DNA of 64,000 nucleotides, taken from Lama glama. Its lineage: Eukaryota. The translations under genes and the position numbers were made by a program. Location of the stretch: assembly GCA_028534125.1 (NCBI GenBank), contig CM052817.1, positions 84,818,001 through 84,882,000 of the forward strand. Reading direction: 5' to 3'. The notes beneath the pieces are model-generated. The model searched no databases. It was given only the letters and a program-made list of their open reading frames with translations, and was not told where the DNA came from. This document shows positions 40,010 to 52,912 of the stretch, piece by piece. Each line of letters begins with the position of its first letter. The first letter of the stretch is position 1.

Positions 40010-40215
40010 CAGAGTATTGGAGAAGGTGCATGGGATGGAGCCTGTGAATTTGGATTAGTCCCGTCTGCCTTGTGTGACCCTGCATGAATTTTACCAAGTA
40101 TCCTCATCAGTGAATTGGGGATGATGAAAATATTATCTTACTCAGGAAAGATTAAAGTAGTTGATGGGTGTCAAAGGAACTTTGTAAACCCTAAAGTGAT
40201 ATTCAAATGCTAGCC
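40010..40215 (+). mobile_element. MIR SINE (decayed)
   Basis: TGTGTGACCCTG...TCCTCATCAGTGAATTGGGGATGATG...AAGATTAAA. Confidence 0.6.
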
Positions 40216-42569
40216 TATATATTACTTACAGGAATGGAGTCACCATTATTGGTCATTTCTCACAGTTTGCTGACATTTCAAGTAGATAAGAACACTGGCT
40301 AGGAGTTGTTGACATCCTCTTTTCTTACTGCTGCAAATAATTTCTTCTTATTCTACTCACTCCATGATTATTGCTTTTCTGTACACATTCTTCTTTCCTG
40401 TTTTACATCCCCTGACCATACCCCAGGCGTATCATGGTCAAGTACCATCTTTACCATCTTAGCTACCTTAAGATTTTAGGAAAACGTAAAGTCTGTAGCT
40501 CTTAATCATCAAGAAGTTAGGGACTCATTTTAGAGTGGATGTAAAGGGTCAAACATTAGAAAGAATAGATTATGGGTGTTCTAAACCCAACATTTTGAGT
40601 CTCATATTCCTATAGATACAAATTAAATTCTGTAAGTATTATTTAAACAATAAAGCTTTACTGTATATACTGTGTGGTATTGCTTTAGACAAGCAAATGA
40701 CTTAATAATTCATCAGGACAGATCTAAAGGGAATAGTGCTGATAAAAATGGAAATAATTGAATATATTGGAATTTTTTATATAGAATCATTTCTTCCATA
40801 ATGTGGTATTGTGTTTTTAAAAGTAACTATATTATGGCATTTCATGAAGTAAAGATAGCATGGGGGTGGAACTCAAACCCTACACAATTTTATAAGGAAA
40901 TAGAGTTAATAAAAACATAAATTTCTATAACATCTTACTTTAAGAATCTTACGAAGATTCCAAATAAATACATGTAGTGTTATAATAGATGTAGTAAGCA
41001 TTGCGGTTTATTTTGAAAAAAGGCATTGTTTGCTTGGTATGAATAAATATGGTGAAATGTGGCAATTGTGATATCTTAAAGAAAGGAAGGAAAGACATTA
41101 TTATTATGAAGGCAAAAATTATGTCACTAGAGTTGACACAGATGATTGTTGCTTGTGCCTACAAATGAGACTGGGAACTGAGTAGTGCTTTCTGTGATAG
41201 CCTTTCGTCTGTACCCTCAGTCCTCCACAAGCACACTTCAGTCCCCTTTAGGACAGTGATGACTGTGGTGTGTCCATCTCCTGTTTCGGTTGTTTTCCCA
41301 CTCCTGTTTTCGATGTGCATGTTGTGGATTTCCTTAGCTCTGTTCCTTGGAGTTGTAACATGCTCTCTCATTTCTTTCAAAAGGTTTTATAACTTTAAAT
41401 TTTCCTCAATATCTGAGGTTTTCTGATCTTTATCATATTTAGGTTGTCTTATTTAATAATTTTAACAGGAAAAGTACATAAACCCAAGAGGATAACATAA
41501 TGTACACTTAAAAGGCAATATATATGGGTAAACAGATTAGGGAAGAATATAAGGTATAGGAATATTTTGTGTGTTCCTATACAGATCGCTGTGTTCAACT
41601 GTTTTTCTTTCATACACTGTTCTTTGGAGTAGAAAGTATAACACCTTGTGAGCTGACATGGTTTTCTGTTTTGCTGGTTTGATTCCCCTGTTTATCCTCA
41701 ACATATTAACAAATTCAGCCATTATAGGTAAGCATTAAAAGAGAAAGAAAACAATCCCACTTTCTAAAGCATAAGATTCTCCAAGCTGAATGTGATTGGT
41801 TGTAAAGGAAGTCATTTAAGAAGTTGGACTAAAATATTTCATTTGATAACTTATTGACATCTCCTGCCACTGCCCCTGCAGAAGATGAGATAAAGTCCTC
41901 TCTGGGTAAGGCAAGGACGTGAGAAAGTTAGATGTTGTTGAAGAGTCTAAGACGATCTGTGCCTTGATACTCACTCCCTTCCTGGTACACTCTTGAGAGG
42001 GAGAAAGAGATGACTCCAGCTACATATGTGGATCCAAAAAAAAAAAAAAGGAACATTCCAATTTTCACTTAGAAACCTAGAGGCACTGTGGTATGATAGC
42101 AAGGGGGCAATTGGCCTGAAGGCAATTCAGGCAGCCCCATCAAATGCTATGGCCCCGAACAGTCATGGAAGAGCACCTAAATATGTATGTGCTCCTGGGA
42201 GGTTCAGCAGAGTAAGAGGCAGTAGACCTAAAGTAGATGCATGGCTGAGATGAGGGCTTGGTGGTGGATGGCTGCATGGACCTTATAGACAGGGAGTAGA
42301 CATCTCAATTGATGCAGGGTTGCAGATATCACAAGTGATTAAAATTTGGAGGGATTGACAACAGCAGACATCCAGATGGGACAATATTTGTATTTCAGTG
42401 GATGCCCCACAGACAGACAATGACAGGATGAGCTGCCTCCCTCTCGCTATTTATTCATTGAAAAACTGAGCATTTGTTGAGTACCTACTATGTTATAGGC
42501 ACTGTCAGAAAATACCTGGATTTACATAAGCCTTTAGATGCCATCCTAGACAGAAACAATTAACTTTCT

Positions 42570-42740
42570 GTCATGCAGCATACCATATATTACACATATT
42601 TATTTTGCATTATCTGTGTCCCTTCCACTAGAATATGTACTCCAAGACAGGAGGAATTTTTAAGCATTCCTATTGCCTATTACAAAATCTAGACCATGGC
42701 AGGTGCCCAATAATTACTAATTGAAACAAACTAATGACTC
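42570..42740 (+). mobile_element. L2 3' end
   Basis: TCTGTGTCCCTTCCACTAGAATATGTACTCCAAGACAGG...AGGTGCCCAATAATTA. Confidence 0.65.
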
Positions 42741-42980
42741 AATAATGGAACTATACAAACAGAGATATGAATTACAGAAAAATGAAAAACTAAAAAAAGT
42801 CCAAGTTGATAGCTGGAAGATTACAGTCTTCTATAAGGTCAATAATACCATTAAGTCCCGAAACTATCTTTAGGTATCCAAAGTAAGGGCCAGTGAAGGC
42901 AGAAAACTCTTCTACATGTATATCCACCTAGTGTTGGGGAATAGTGTGCCTCATATACTTCATGAAGAGATGATGAAAAA

Positions 42981-43042
<62 letters not shown>
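42981..43042. repeat. Perfect (TAC)n trinucleotide repeat, about 20 units
   Basis: Read directly from the sequence. Confidence 0.98.
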
Positions 43043-43140
43043 TCTTTCCAAAGTCAACTAAATATCTTATCTATGTATAAATCTTTGGAATGATGTCTTT
43101 GGTGGTAGAGATGGGAAGAATTTGTTATGCATGCGTGCAC

Positions 43141-43143
43141 GTT

Positions 43144-43194
<51 letters not shown>

Positions 43195-43198
43195 GTGT
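43141..43198. repeat. Interrupted (GT)n microsatellite
   Basis: Read directly from the sequence. Confidence 0.95.
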
Positions 43199-43244
43199 AT
43201 ACACCGATATTTCAGCGAGGAGGGAGCATAATCAATATGGGTGT

Positions 43245-43537
43245 TACCTAGACCTTAGCCACCTATTACAATCATTGCTGGCCAAATGTATTACAGGTAT
43301 CTAATACAAATGAAATTACACTGTAAGTGTAAAAAAGTATGCTGGATTTCAAAGACTTAGTACAAAAATATAAAGTATCTCCATAATTTAAAACTTATTG
43401 ATTATTTGTTGAGATAATATTTCATATATTGGTGTAAATAAATATATTGCTAAATTAACTTCAACTATTTCTACTTTTGATTACTAGAAATTTTAAATTA
43501 TATATATGGCTTGCATTATATTTCTGTTGGGCATTGA
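43245..43537. mobile_element. MER33 (hAT-Charlie) DNA transposon
   Basis: CTGTAAGTGTAAAAA...GGATTTCAAAGACTTAGTACAAAAA...CTAGAAATTTTAAATTATATATATGGCTTGCATTATATTTCTGTTGG. Confidence 0.8.
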
Positions 43538-45559
43538 CTAGAATGATCTAGACCATTTTGCTCAGACACATTCACTAGTCTCACCTCCATACCTTGGACA
43601 AGAATATATTCCTGACACTTGGTCAGACACTGTTGCTCCAGTAAGTGCCTACCTCCAGTTTGACTTTCTTTTGCACTGGGAATAAAGAACTTATGTGGAC
43701 ATATTATTTAATTATTCCAGATAAGCTCTAATTATTTCAGAAGGTCATCATTTCTAAATCACAGTTCAAAAAAGAAATTAATTGAATGACTGAGATTGCA
43801 ATTTATAGCGAGGAATTATATATGGTTCTTTATTCTTTAAGTTACTTGTTTTAACTCTGATAGACGTATATTCTTTGTCATTTTATTTAACATAAAATTA
43901 TCAATGAATTCACCAAAAATCAGATGCTTACTTTTTCCATGGGTGTTTTTTTACAAATGAAACTTCAGTTTCAGAGAGAATCATACATCGCTTAGGTATA
44001 TTTTGAGTAATATAGAAGATTTCACTACATGGATTTCAATGACAAAAGTAAGCAAATTGAGAAAGGGTATAATGATAGGCCTATAGATACCACAGGAAGT
44101 ATAAATAATCCAGACATTTATAAAAGAAAAATATTTCTAACCATTTCATGCAGGGCAGAAGCTTAACTTCTTGAATGGCTGAACCACACTGTGTCTCTGA
44201 TGCAGTCTATCCAGAATTAGTTGAAAGGATAATTTCAAGAATTACATGAGTAACACATGCATCTAAAATTCTATTTAGGAAAAAGAAGTTATGTTCACCC
44301 AGGTCACCTAGACAAGCAGGCTATACTAATCAAATCAGTTGGATAATCACCATAATTTCCACATCTTTGAATTTATATAGTGAAAGTTGTGTAACAAGAA
44401 ACGTATATTTGGAGAAAGTTATCTGGTGTAACATGTTCATTTTAGCAAAGATGAGAACTAAAGAGGTGAGGTTCAGTGTTGCACAGTGACTAAATGAAAA
44501 CCTAGATTAAAACTAAGGTCTTCTGGTCCTTAGATTTTTTAATCAGTAGAATCTGAAGGCAGGAACAAAGTTCCAGATGTCTTCAAATAATCTCCACTTC
44601 TCTGAGGACCAAGTCATGTTAGAATGACTAATTTCTTATTAATTCTTATTTTTCTCTTTGGCCACCAATGTGATGGTTTCTACAATTAGAAACATTCCTG
44701 AAAATCAAAAAAAGAAATGTTTTTCAACCAGCAGTGTCTCTGTTCATTGTTACCTCCCACCAGCTGATGCTTCCATTGCAAAAATGTGTGGGAACCAAAC
44801 TGGTGTCACATTGATGTGATGATACCAGTTTTTTCAATGTCTGTGGTGAAATTACAGAACCCAACCATGTCTTGAATTCTAAATTTTATTAGCAACGTTC
44901 ACTTGGTTGACTCTGATTTTTCCTTCTTAATCAATGAAAACTGTCTCTTTAACAGATTTTTACATTGCTTCATTAATAATTTCTTATTACCCTTAAATGC
45001 ACACTGTAACTGTACAGTTTCTCAAGTCATTGAAATGACTGGCAATGACTATTGTTCTCTTTATCTATATGTGAACTTTTAAAGTTTTCATTCTTATGAT
45101 TCTGACTATTAGCGTTTTCTCATAGGACCTTCCTTCTAATTTGGTTTTCTGTATGGCTTCATAGTTTTACTTCCTCTTTCCTTCTCTGCTCCTAGGAGTC
45201 AGTGGTTTTGTTGTCATTGTCATTGGAATTAGAAGAGGAAGAGAATATAATTGCCTGAATTCACCTTAATGTTTGCTCTGAGAATCAGATAATTTATATT
45301 TAGTTCTGTTTACCACATATACTAATTGCCTATTATGTGGAAAACACTGTATTTGATGATGGGAAGATATGAATGTTAATGATCCTATCAAAAACTACAG
45401 ATCCATGATGGAAAAACAGAATCTGCATTTTCTTTGCAGGGGCTGAAAAGCTATAACTCTTGTATTTTTATTCCTTTTTATAGATATGCAAACAATTCTC
45501 TTAGAATACAAAGTGAATAGCATTTTTACTATAAAACATCATAATTTTGTGCTCAAGCA

Positions 45560-46110
45560 CAGAGCCCCTCTGGCCAGATGGAGTGTGACTTAGTACCTTG
45601 CCTGGACATGCGCTCTAGGGATGGCAAAGTTCTCTGGCCAGAGTGTGCCACCAACTAGATTCTGCAGATGAGCAAAGCTAGAGACTGGGATTGTTTCTTG
45701 GGCTCTGCAGGTATGAACTCAGTCTGCAAGATCCTTGTGCTGGTTATTGCAAGCTTCTCCTCCCATCTCTGTCATAGTCAGACTCCCAGTGGTTGAGCCC
45801 TACAGATTCCCCTGCAATCTCTGTGGGGTAAGATTAGAGAAATGGCCCCCATAAAGTGACCCACAGTCCTGGGGAAGGGCTGGTTGGTCCCCTGGAGTCT
45901 CTCTTTCCACTGGAGGAGCCAGAGGTCCTGGGGACGCCTCTGTGTGCAGTGCTGCACTGGCCTGGGGGAAGGTCAGTGTGGTCAACATTTAGCCACTTCA
46001 CTTGCCTTCTAATGAAGTCTGGTGCCTTATTCTTGAATAGTTGCTAGTTATTTCTCTTGTGATGGGGGAGTGAAGTCAGGAATGATCTACGTTACCATCT
46101 TGGTGACATC
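45560..46110 (-). mobile_element. Probable old L1 5' UTR fragment
   Basis: Locally GC-richer block. The minus strand begins GATGTCACCAAGATGG, a YY1-site start typical of mammalian L1 5' ends. Confidence 0.45.
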
Positions 46111-46124
46111 TGTCAAAATTTCTT

Positions 46125-46167
46125 ACACACACACACACCCACACACACACCCACACACACAAACACA
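46125..46167. repeat. Interrupted (CA)n microsatellite
   Basis: Read directly from the sequence. Confidence 0.9.
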
Positions 46168-47410
46168 AGCCCCCACTCCACTTTTCAGCTTTTAATTGGT
46201 GAAAAACAAGAATGCTGATCATTCCAATAACTTACACTAAGATAAACCATTGAAGCTAAACATTGATATTCTGCTTTATAAAACAAGCATGAATGAGTAA
46301 AAGAAAGCATGGAAATTTAGGAAACACTTTAAAATGTGTGATTTATATTAAAAAGTCACCACAAAGACTGAACATGCTATCAGGAGTTATTCAGTGCTTT
46401 CGTCCCAGATGTAATTTTCTCTTTTTAAATATGAGAAGACATTTTAATTTGCAGCCAAGGTCTGAACATGTTTTGTTTTGTTTTAAATCCCCACCATTCC
46501 CTACAGCTAAAAGATAAAAAGATCAAAGATGGGAAGAGTAATTTTTATGATGCCTTTTAAGTGAAGGTTGCATTGAGGCAGCTTAGTAACTGTGCTTAAA
46601 TGTGGAGTGGAGTTTTCCATCTCCTTCCTAAATTTCCATTTTACCCCTGTTAGTACAGAGTTATTGATCACCAAAAATTAAAATAAAACTTTCTAGTTCT
46701 GCTTCCTAAAGATATCTATGTATCTATATCTACCTGCCTATCTAGCTAGCTTCCCAGTATTTACCTAATATGTGTTTTATTGACATGTCAACTTTTAGAT
46801 GAAATACTACACAGCCAATGTATGAATTAAGTGTTGGCTGTGGTTGTGTCTGTTCCTCCTATAGAATGAAATGGACAGCTAAGATACTTAAGTGGGTATC
46901 TCATTAAATGGTTTGTAATAGTAAGCCATAATAAATGGCTGAATAATAATAGCCACAGCATCTGTTTACAGATTATAGCTGATGTCATTTCATACGTTTA
47001 CACAGCAAGTGTAGCAGAGTCTGTGGCTCACTGGGAAATGTGTTTTAGTTCAGACTTCAGCCAGGCAGCTCTGTTCTGGATTTAGAAGGTAATATTTTCC
47101 TTCACCTCCAGGACGAAATGAGTCACAAGCATTTTATCGAGGAAAGTGGGCAGAAAGTGGAGAATGCCTAATCTAGGCTTGGAAGGCTGTACGATCACTC
47201 ATAAGTAACCATTTTTGACAGCAGAAAGAAGGAAACAAAAGTCTCCTTAGAAGTACAGTTGGTAAGAATTCAGAACCTAAAGTGAAATATAAACAATTAT
47301 CTTCAGAGAAAAGGATTTTTTCGAGTGATAAGGTCACTGGTATACTAATGAAATGACATACTAGTGTATAGAAAGGTGGGACAAAAAGATATTAAGAAAA
47401 TGAAAATTTT

Positions 47411-47549
47411 ATGTTATGATAATTCACAGAGAAAAAAATGTGACAATGAGTGTGTATATGTCCATGAATGACTGAAAAATTGTGCTGAACACTGGACTTT
47501 GACACAACATTGTAAAATGATTATAAATCAATAAAAAATGTTAAAAAAA
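47411..47549 (+). mobile_element. Young 5'-truncated L1 3' end with TSD
   Basis: Near-identical to 13350-13490. 17-bp TSD AAGAAAATGAAAATTTT at 47394-47410 and 47550-47566. Target site TT/AAGA. Confidence 0.92.
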
Positions 47550-48825
47550 AAGAAAATGAAAATTTTAAAGTGGAAGTGGAAGAATCCAGACCAAACCAAA
47601 AGATTTTTAGCTAAATTTCTGTATCTGAATTCAGAAATTTCATTAGGTCTTTATGAAGAGAGATGAGTATTTATTTTATAACCCCATATTCATCATATTC
47701 AGTTTTATGTAATTATGCTAAAGTTAAGTGGTTAAGTATATAGTAAACTATATGTAACTTTCATTTCATAAAAGGATTTCAATCATTCTCATACCTCCAT
47801 AAACTCCTGAATCAAACAGCTCTTGAGATATGGAGTGGGGCCAAATAACTATAGCAGTTTCCAGCAGATGGCCAATTAGGTCTGAGTTACTGAGATAACT
47901 TATAGCTTTTAGCACTGAATCCCATTTATTATTTCCTTTTAACCTTTATGGAGCCAATCACATTAAGTATTTGACACAGAAGCCTTTAAAGCAAAAACCA
48001 TTTATTGGATGACAGTAATCAAAACAGGAAAGGGAAGATAGTCCTTCTGGGATCCAGAGATAGGGTACCTCTTAGAGCAGAGGTGTCTCTGGGTTAGATA
48101 TATGGAAATAGCTAATAAATTGGAATGAATTCGTCTTTGACTAGGTGTGGCTGCCTGACCAGCCTGGGTTTCCATGGTGATTTTACAGGAGGAAATATGT
48201 GAGGGTGGAAAAGGGCCTCATGTTAGTGTCAAAGGAATCCCCACCTGTTTGGTTTTCCGTGATTAGTCTCAAACTGCTCAGCCACTCACCTGGGCCCTGC
48301 ATATAGAATGAAGTGTCTGATTGCCCACCTTATCCTTTGACCCTAATATTAAACCCTCTACCTGTATCCCTTTGGACTTTGTTTTTGTCCATAAAGATGT
48401 TTGTTGGATGAAAGTACTTGACCTTTTTAATGTTGACTTAATGTGGGCCCTTGCAATTTTTGCTTCCTCCCCAGCACACAGTTTTACCCAAACAGGGCTG
48501 CTTGACTTTTATTATACCTAGGAAAGACCCCTGGGTTGTCTTTGTCTCCTTCTAGTCCATTTAACTAATCTGAGACAGGCCAAAACGTGTAATGTTTGCC
48601 TGATACTTGACCAACAAAATTATTTAATTCATTTTTTCTTGTTACATAATTCATGCACAATGTGCAAATTTCAAAAGACATAAATATTTGTACACTGAAA
48701 ATCATACCTTTCTTTAATTCGTATAACCCCTTTGCCCATATTCCCCCCTACAAGGACAATTTATGTTATAGACTGACATGCCACAGACACCAACTTCATG
48801 CATAACCTTCTAGAGACTCTATCAA

Positions 48826-49042
48826 CTTTTCTTTCTTCTTTCATTTTCCTTTCCACCCCTCCCTGCCTCCCACCCCTGCTTCTTCCTTCCTTCTTTCTTC
48901 CCTCCCTCCCTTCCTTCCTCTCTTTCTTTCTCTTTTCTCTTCTTTCTTTTTTTTCTTTCTCTCTCTTTTCTTTCTTTCTCTCTCTCTCTCTTTTTCTTTT
49001 TTTTCTTCTTTCTTTCTTTCTTTCTTTCTTTCTTTTTCTTTC
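48826..49042. repeat. Polypyrimidine compound microsatellite (CCTT/CT/TTTC)
   Basis: Read directly from the sequence. Confidence 0.95.
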
Positions 49043-49527
49043 ATGGTAGCATTCTCTACATGCTGGTCTACAGCTTACTCTTTGTTTAACTTAATATTGT
49101 ATCTTGGAAATTAGTCTTTATCAGTTTATAAGGTAGCCTGATTCTTTTAATGGACACATTATTCTCTTGTATAGATATGCTTTAAAGTATTTATCCAATT
49201 TCTTACTGATGCTCATTTATGTTACTGCAAATATTTTGCATTATAGATAATGCAGCACTGAATGTTTCTATACATGTGTTGTGTAGCTTTTGTACCTCTG
49301 GAGGTAAAATGAAGAAGTCAGTACATTTACACTATCTTCTACTTTCTTTTCTCTTCTTCCAGTTTTTAAATTTATAACTTTTCCCGATACTGGATTTATA
49401 GTATTTACATTTGCTTCTGTAACAAGGACCCCTCCATTTGTTCTCATCTTAGTCTTACATTTACACAGACTTGGTGCTCATCATCAGTCCTTTTCCCATT
49501 GTTCTTCCACTTACTCCTTATCTGGAT

Positions 49528-49673
49528 GCAGTTGGTCTTTTAATAGTGTCTTCAAGAAGGCATCTTGAGAACTACATTCCATGAGGTATTGGACATTTAG
49601 GCAGTTGGTCTTTTAATAGTGTCTTCAAGAAGGCATCTTGAGAACTACATTCCATGAGGTATTGGACATTTAG
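49528..49673. repeat. Perfect 2 x 73 bp tandem duplication
   Basis: GCAGTTGG...GGACATTTAG at 49528-49600 and 49601-49673, identical by eye. Confidence 0.95.
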
Positions 49674-50741
49674 TGTTGTGTATTTATTACTTTTATATTT
49701 GAATGACAGTCTGAATACTAATTAAATTCTTGGACCACACTCTGCTGATTGCCTTTAACACTTAATTGCTCCAGTAGACTGTAGCATTGGATGTTGCCAT
49801 ACGGAAGGAAGTCTGATACCAGCCTTACTTATTTCTGATTTAAGCGACTTGATCTTTTATTATGGATGTCCAAAGAATTCTTTCTTTATCTTTGGTGTCC
49901 AATAAATCTGTAAGTCAGTATTCTTTATTATTTGTTTGTTTGTTTTATTTTTGGTAGGACATGGTTTACTCTTTGAACCTGTAAGTTTAAATCTCCTTTC
50001 CTTTCAGGAAAGTTTCCTGAATTTTATTTTTGTTTATTTGTTCCGTTTATCACTTAACATTTTTTTCTTTGGAGACTCTAACTATCCAAATGTTATGTGT
50101 CTTTTTCTTTTTCTCTATATGTGTCATTTTTTGTTGTTCTTTTAAAAAAAATTATTTCCTTAAGTCTTTGCCTTCCACGTCCTTTGCTGTGTTTTCTCAA
50201 TTGTCTAACAATATCCTTCATGCTGCTCTCAAAGTGGCCTTCATTTCTGTGATAAGCTTAGTTTTTTAAATACCCTTTTCCTAAATTGTGCCAGCTTACA
50301 TTTTTTTCTCTTTAAGTTGTCTTGTCATTCATGTATTCAATCAAATATATATGTGAAGCACTTAATATGTTTCAGGTACAATTCTAAGGGTAGTGATAGA
50401 GCAGTGTGAAAGGAGATAAAATTTATCCTCTCATAGAGCTTATATATAGTTGGTTTTCGTATCTCTGCTGTGACAGTTTTACATATGTGATTACTTCATT
50501 GAATTTCTACAAAATTCAATCCAGTATTTTTATCTGATGCATAAAAAATGATTCTTTTGCATACGGTTTTCTGTTGTTCTTTCTTTTTCCTTTTTAACTT
50601 TGGTAGTACAGTTTTATACAGATGTCTGTTATGGGTCATTTTATCATTCATTTTTGGATGATATTATTAATTCTTTCTAGACCAAATATTGACACAATTG
50701 TTTTTGTGGGGTGAGAGAGATATCAGATCCCTATTCTAGTC

Positions 50742-50968
50742 CAGGGATCAGCAAACTATAGCTTGTAGTTGTAATATGGCCCATATCCTTGTTCTGTACA
50801 GCCTGTGGAATAAGAATGCATTTTATATTTTTAATTGGATTGGAAGAAGGAAGAGGAGGTGGAGGAGGACGGAGAGGAAGAGGAGGTTGTTACAGAGACC
50901 ATACGTGGCCCATAGAGCTTAAAATATTCATTATCTCATCCTTTATAGAAAAAGTTTGTCAATTCTTG
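50742..50968. mobile_element. MER58 (hAT-Charlie) MITE
   Basis: Starts CAGGGATCAGCAAACTA and ends CAGAGACCATACGTGGCCCA...TTTATAGAAAAAGTTTGTCAATTCTTG. Confidence 0.85.
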
Positions 50969-52119
50969 TTTCATTCTGACCACAATTCTCATTATGAAAC
51001 AAAATAACATGGTAATGAGTTTGTTAGCCTTCATTTAGTACAAGAAATTGAGATCAGCACTGTAAAGGAGATCTCACCAATCTCTCCTCTAGCTTGCCTC
51101 AGAAACAGTCTGCTTCCTTCAAGTATGGCTCTGTGTATGTGTGTGCTTTATCATTCAGCTCTCTATTCTATTGCCTGCTTTTAGAGACAAGGCCAAACTT
51201 GGTCAAGAAAATATTTTACTACTAGCACATATACCATATACAAATTTCATTTATGCAAATAAAGGGTTATTGCTGTTGCTTACAAGTATGTATCATTTGC
51301 TTTGGAGAATAAGTACTCTGATGGCTTTTTCTGAGACCTGCAACCATATGTGTATTCTCTGGGATTGTTCCTACACTTTTTTTTTTATTTTTCCTACATT
51401 TTGCAGCTTTCAGTTGTATATTATGATTTAGCTTACAAATGTCAAATCAAAGGTAGATACTGGGTTTCTACTTTTTATTCTTACAGTTGTGCTTGTATGA
51501 CTGCTCAAAGGAGAAGGGAAAAACATCTACATTAGCCCCCTGTTTTAAAATATAATCTTAATAAACATACTATTTATTTATTTTGAAATATGTTGCCAGA
51601 AAACTTTCAGGAATAAAGATAGTAAAATAAAATAGTAAAGATCATAGAAATTCAAGTGTAAGTTTTCATTACAGTAAATGAACAATAAATTCTTACCAGA
51701 CTGCATCATAAATGTATAACAAGCACACAGTGCTAATGTGGTTACACACCATGGCAAGTACATCAGAGCCCTGTGTGGTTGGTTAATTAAATTCCACATA
51801 ATGATTTAAGGGACCAGAAGGATAATTAAGAATTATGTGAATGACTTGAATATTCTAAAGATCAGAGATAGAGAGACTTGTTCTATAAACAAACAAGCCA
51901 TCAGTGCCTACTCTGTATAAGACGCTGTGCTAGTGTCTTATATTAAAATGTGTCAGTTTATTCCTGTACTTGACATCAAGCAGATCATTACACTCTACTC
52001 CACCAAAGGCAAGAGAAAATAGTTTCATTTAAAGACATAATTGAACTGAAATAAGTCAATTGAAGTAAAGCTTACTTTTTTTGTTTTTTAGAAAAAACAT
52101 ATACAGTGAAAACTGGCTA

Positions 52120-52912
52120 TAGTAACCCTCTTTTATCTGTGGTTTTGTTTTCTGTGCTTTTGGTTAACCACAATCATCTGTGGTCTGAAAATATGAAATG
52201 GAAAATTCCAGAAATAAACAACTTATAAGTTGTAAATTGTGTGCTATTCTGAGTAACGGGATGAAATCTCACATTGTCCCACCCAGGATGTGAATCATTC
52301 CTTTGTCCAGCATATCCTTCCTGTTACTCACTTATCAGCATATCTGTTACCAGATTTACAGCAATATTGCAGTGCTTGTGTTCAAGTAACCTGTTCTTCA
52401 CTTAATAATGGCTCCCAACTGCAAGAATAGTGATGCTGACTGCCCATCAATAATTACTTGAAATGTGAACGTGAAAGTTCTCAGTAAGGAAGGAGAAAAC
52501 ATTGTAGGCCGAGGTTGCTAAGATCTATGGAAAGAACAAATCTTCTATCCATGAAATTGTGAAGAAGGAAAAAGAAATTCATGCTCGCTTACTGTATCAC
52601 AAGTTACAAAAGTTACGGTCACAGTACATAAGTGGTTAGTTAAGATGGAAAAGGTATTACATTTATACAATAAGATATTTTGAGAGAGACCACATTCACG
52701 TAACTTTTATTACAGTATATTCTTATAGTTCTATTTTATTAGTAGCAATTTTTTAAATCTCATACTATGCCTAACTTATAAAGTAAACTATCATATTTAT
52801 GTATATTTAGGAGAAAGTATGATATATATAGTGTTGGGTACTCTCTGTTGTTTCAGTTATCTGTTGGGATCTTGGACCATATCCCCTGCAGATAAGGGGG
52901 GGGGGGCTACTG
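52120..52912. mobile_element. MER44/Tigger7-type DNA transposon
   Basis: AATGGAAAATTCCAGAAATAAACAA and GTGCTTGTGTTCAAGTAACC. Ends GATAAGGGGG...CTACTG followed by TA. Confidence 0.88.

Larger units (their letters stand above)
48620..50700 (-). mobile_element. Old L1ME/HAL1-like fragments
   Basis: T-rich antisense L1 text such as TTCTTTTAATGG, TTCTTACTGATG and GAAGTCTGATACCAGCCT. Interrupted by a microsatellite and an L2 piece at ~50330-50450. Confidence 0.55.

Noticed and set aside
47858..47876. CTCF-like CCAGCAGATGGCCA
   Set aside because: Partial match with a non-consensus 3' end, and it equally reads as an E-box. Not supportable without ChIP data.
48798..49049. Low-complexity ORFs on both strands
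   Set aside because: Microsatellite read-through.
49528..49673. Direct repeat as a CRISPR-like array
   Set aside because: Only two abutting copies with no spacers, in eukaryotic DNA.
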